From Octopus sinensis (Eukaryota), in contig NC_043002.1 of NCBI RefSeq assembly GCF_006345805.1, forward strand, positions 61,318,001-61,382,000: a stretch of 64,000 nt of DNA, written 5' to 3'. The position numbers and the translations under genes are program-made. Positions 62,738 to 64,000 of the stretch are shown here, one piece after another. The stretch's first letter is position 1, and each line of letters begins with the position of its first letter. The notes under the pieces were generated by a model. The model did no database searches, had not been told where the DNA came from, and worked only from the letters and a program-made list of their open reading frames with translations.

Positions 62738-63661
62738 TTATAATTTTGTCTCAATATAATACATATTGCATCTATTGGTTCGGCTATGCTTCTTCATACA
62801 CATACGCTTCACATTTTCCCGAAACTTGTTACTCACTATGAAATACATGATAAAATTAACACAGTTATTCGTCAGGGATAGCGTCTCCAAAATTCTGTAA
62901 GTGGTATCAACATTGCAAGCCATAAATATTGTAGCCAGGATATAGATGGTAGGAGGAAACGTTGTTAACAGAAATACAATATTTATAGCAAGTACGATAT
63001 ACATTGAGTTCGTATTTCGTGTAGCACGGCTTCTATGAGAATTCTGACCGAGTTTCGGTCGACTGAATAATTTATAAATTAATATAATAGAGCTTAAAGC
63101 TAAACACGCTGCAGGTACCAAGGAATAGAAGACCATAGTGATTGCGAAAGAATAGGTGGGATTAGGTGTTACAAAAAATAGCATACATTCTGCAAAAATA
63201 TCAATGACAAGAAGAGGAAACATTACAATGCATGGGGGAACATTTCTTGTAGAAGAGAGTCGTGAAAATGGGCAATATACCGCCAACAAACGTTCAACAG
63301 AAATAATGACGGTGATCCAGGAAGAATACGTAGATAAAATATCAAGGATGATAATTAAGATGGTATTTTCAGTCAAGTTTGTAACTGTTCGCGTAAAATC
63401 CAAATTACACGATATCCAGATATTTCTTATACAAGTGGTCAAGATTAGAAAAGTATCGACAATAAGAAGGCAGAGAAGATATGGATTAATCTTACATTTC
63501 GGGATGGATTTGCTGCAAAATATTACTATCGTGGTTACATTACCGATAGTTCCAAAAATTAACAAAACTATTGATACATAACACACAGAAAGGATGGCAG
63601 AAATACTTGTTGTATTATGTTCGAGGGTACAGTTTATAAATATGCCGCTTTCTGTAACCAT
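62738..63661 (-). CDS. Single-exon class A GPCR, paralogue 4 (307 aa from first ATG)
   Basis: Gap-free alignment to GPCR3 (about 72% identity by manual count). The track start at 63916 is TTG and runs through a microsatellite; the first ATG is at 63661. Confidence 0.94.
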   Translation of the reverse strand: MVTESGIFINCTLEHNTTSISAILSVCYVSIVLLIFGTIGNVTTIVIFCSKSIPKCKINPYLLCLLIVDTFLILTTCIRNIWISCNLDFTRTVTNLTENTILIIILDILSTYSSWITVIISVERLLAVYCPFSRLSSTRNVPPCIVMFPLLVIDIFAECMLFFVTPNPTYSFAITMVFYSLVPAACLALSSIILIYKLFSRPKLGQNSHRSRATRNTNSMYIVLAINIVFLLTTFPPTIYILATIFMACNVDTTYRILETLSLTNNCVNFIMYFIVSNKFRENVKRMCMKKHSRTNRCNMYYIETKL

Positions 63662-63714
63662 TATTACAAATTTTCGGCAATTTTGGCAATAGTAAATAAT
63701 TATTTCTAAGCTAT

Positions 63715-63908
<194 letters not shown>

Positions 63909-64000
63909 CGATTCAAAATTCTGGCACAAGACCAGAAAAATTTGGGCAGGGGTTAAGTTGATTACATCTATCTCAACTCTCAACTGTTACTGATTTTATT

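Overview
Eukaryotic, very AT-rich, microsatellite- and transposon-dense DNA. The SINE, Penelope and Tc1/mariner repertoire points to a mollusc, most likely an octopus (inference). The only intact host genes are four single-exon class A (rhodopsin-like) GPCR paralogues, all on the minus strand and about 15-22 kb apart (10828-11631, 25913-26815, 48001-48924, 62738-63661). They are unusual. All four lack the canonical TM3-ECL2 disulfide and have almost no ECL2. Three carry an N-terminal/ECL3 cysteine pair that is co-lost in the fourth. The two closest paralogues differ mainly in extracellular-facing segments, as expected for a diversifying chemosensory-type family. The intergenic DNA holds Tc1, mariner (DD34D, 2 copies), maT (DD37D) and Chapaev-like relics, Tx1/L1 fragments, a head-to-tail stack of four R4/Dong-like RLE retrotransposon fragments in (TAA)n, several tRNA-derived SINE families, and many Penelope-like fragments and fold-back repeats. 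Reading the non-coding DNA revealed several hammerhead ribozyme motifs. One has a fully canonical core (54825-54919, minus). Two copies have a compensatory U3-A8 core, one of them about 320 nt upstream of a GPCR start. One tandem pair has a retrozyme-like layout. Some exact duplications and palindromes may be long-read assembly artefacts. No prokaryotic features, CRISPR arrays or rRNA were seen. All alignments, folds and counts were done by eye.
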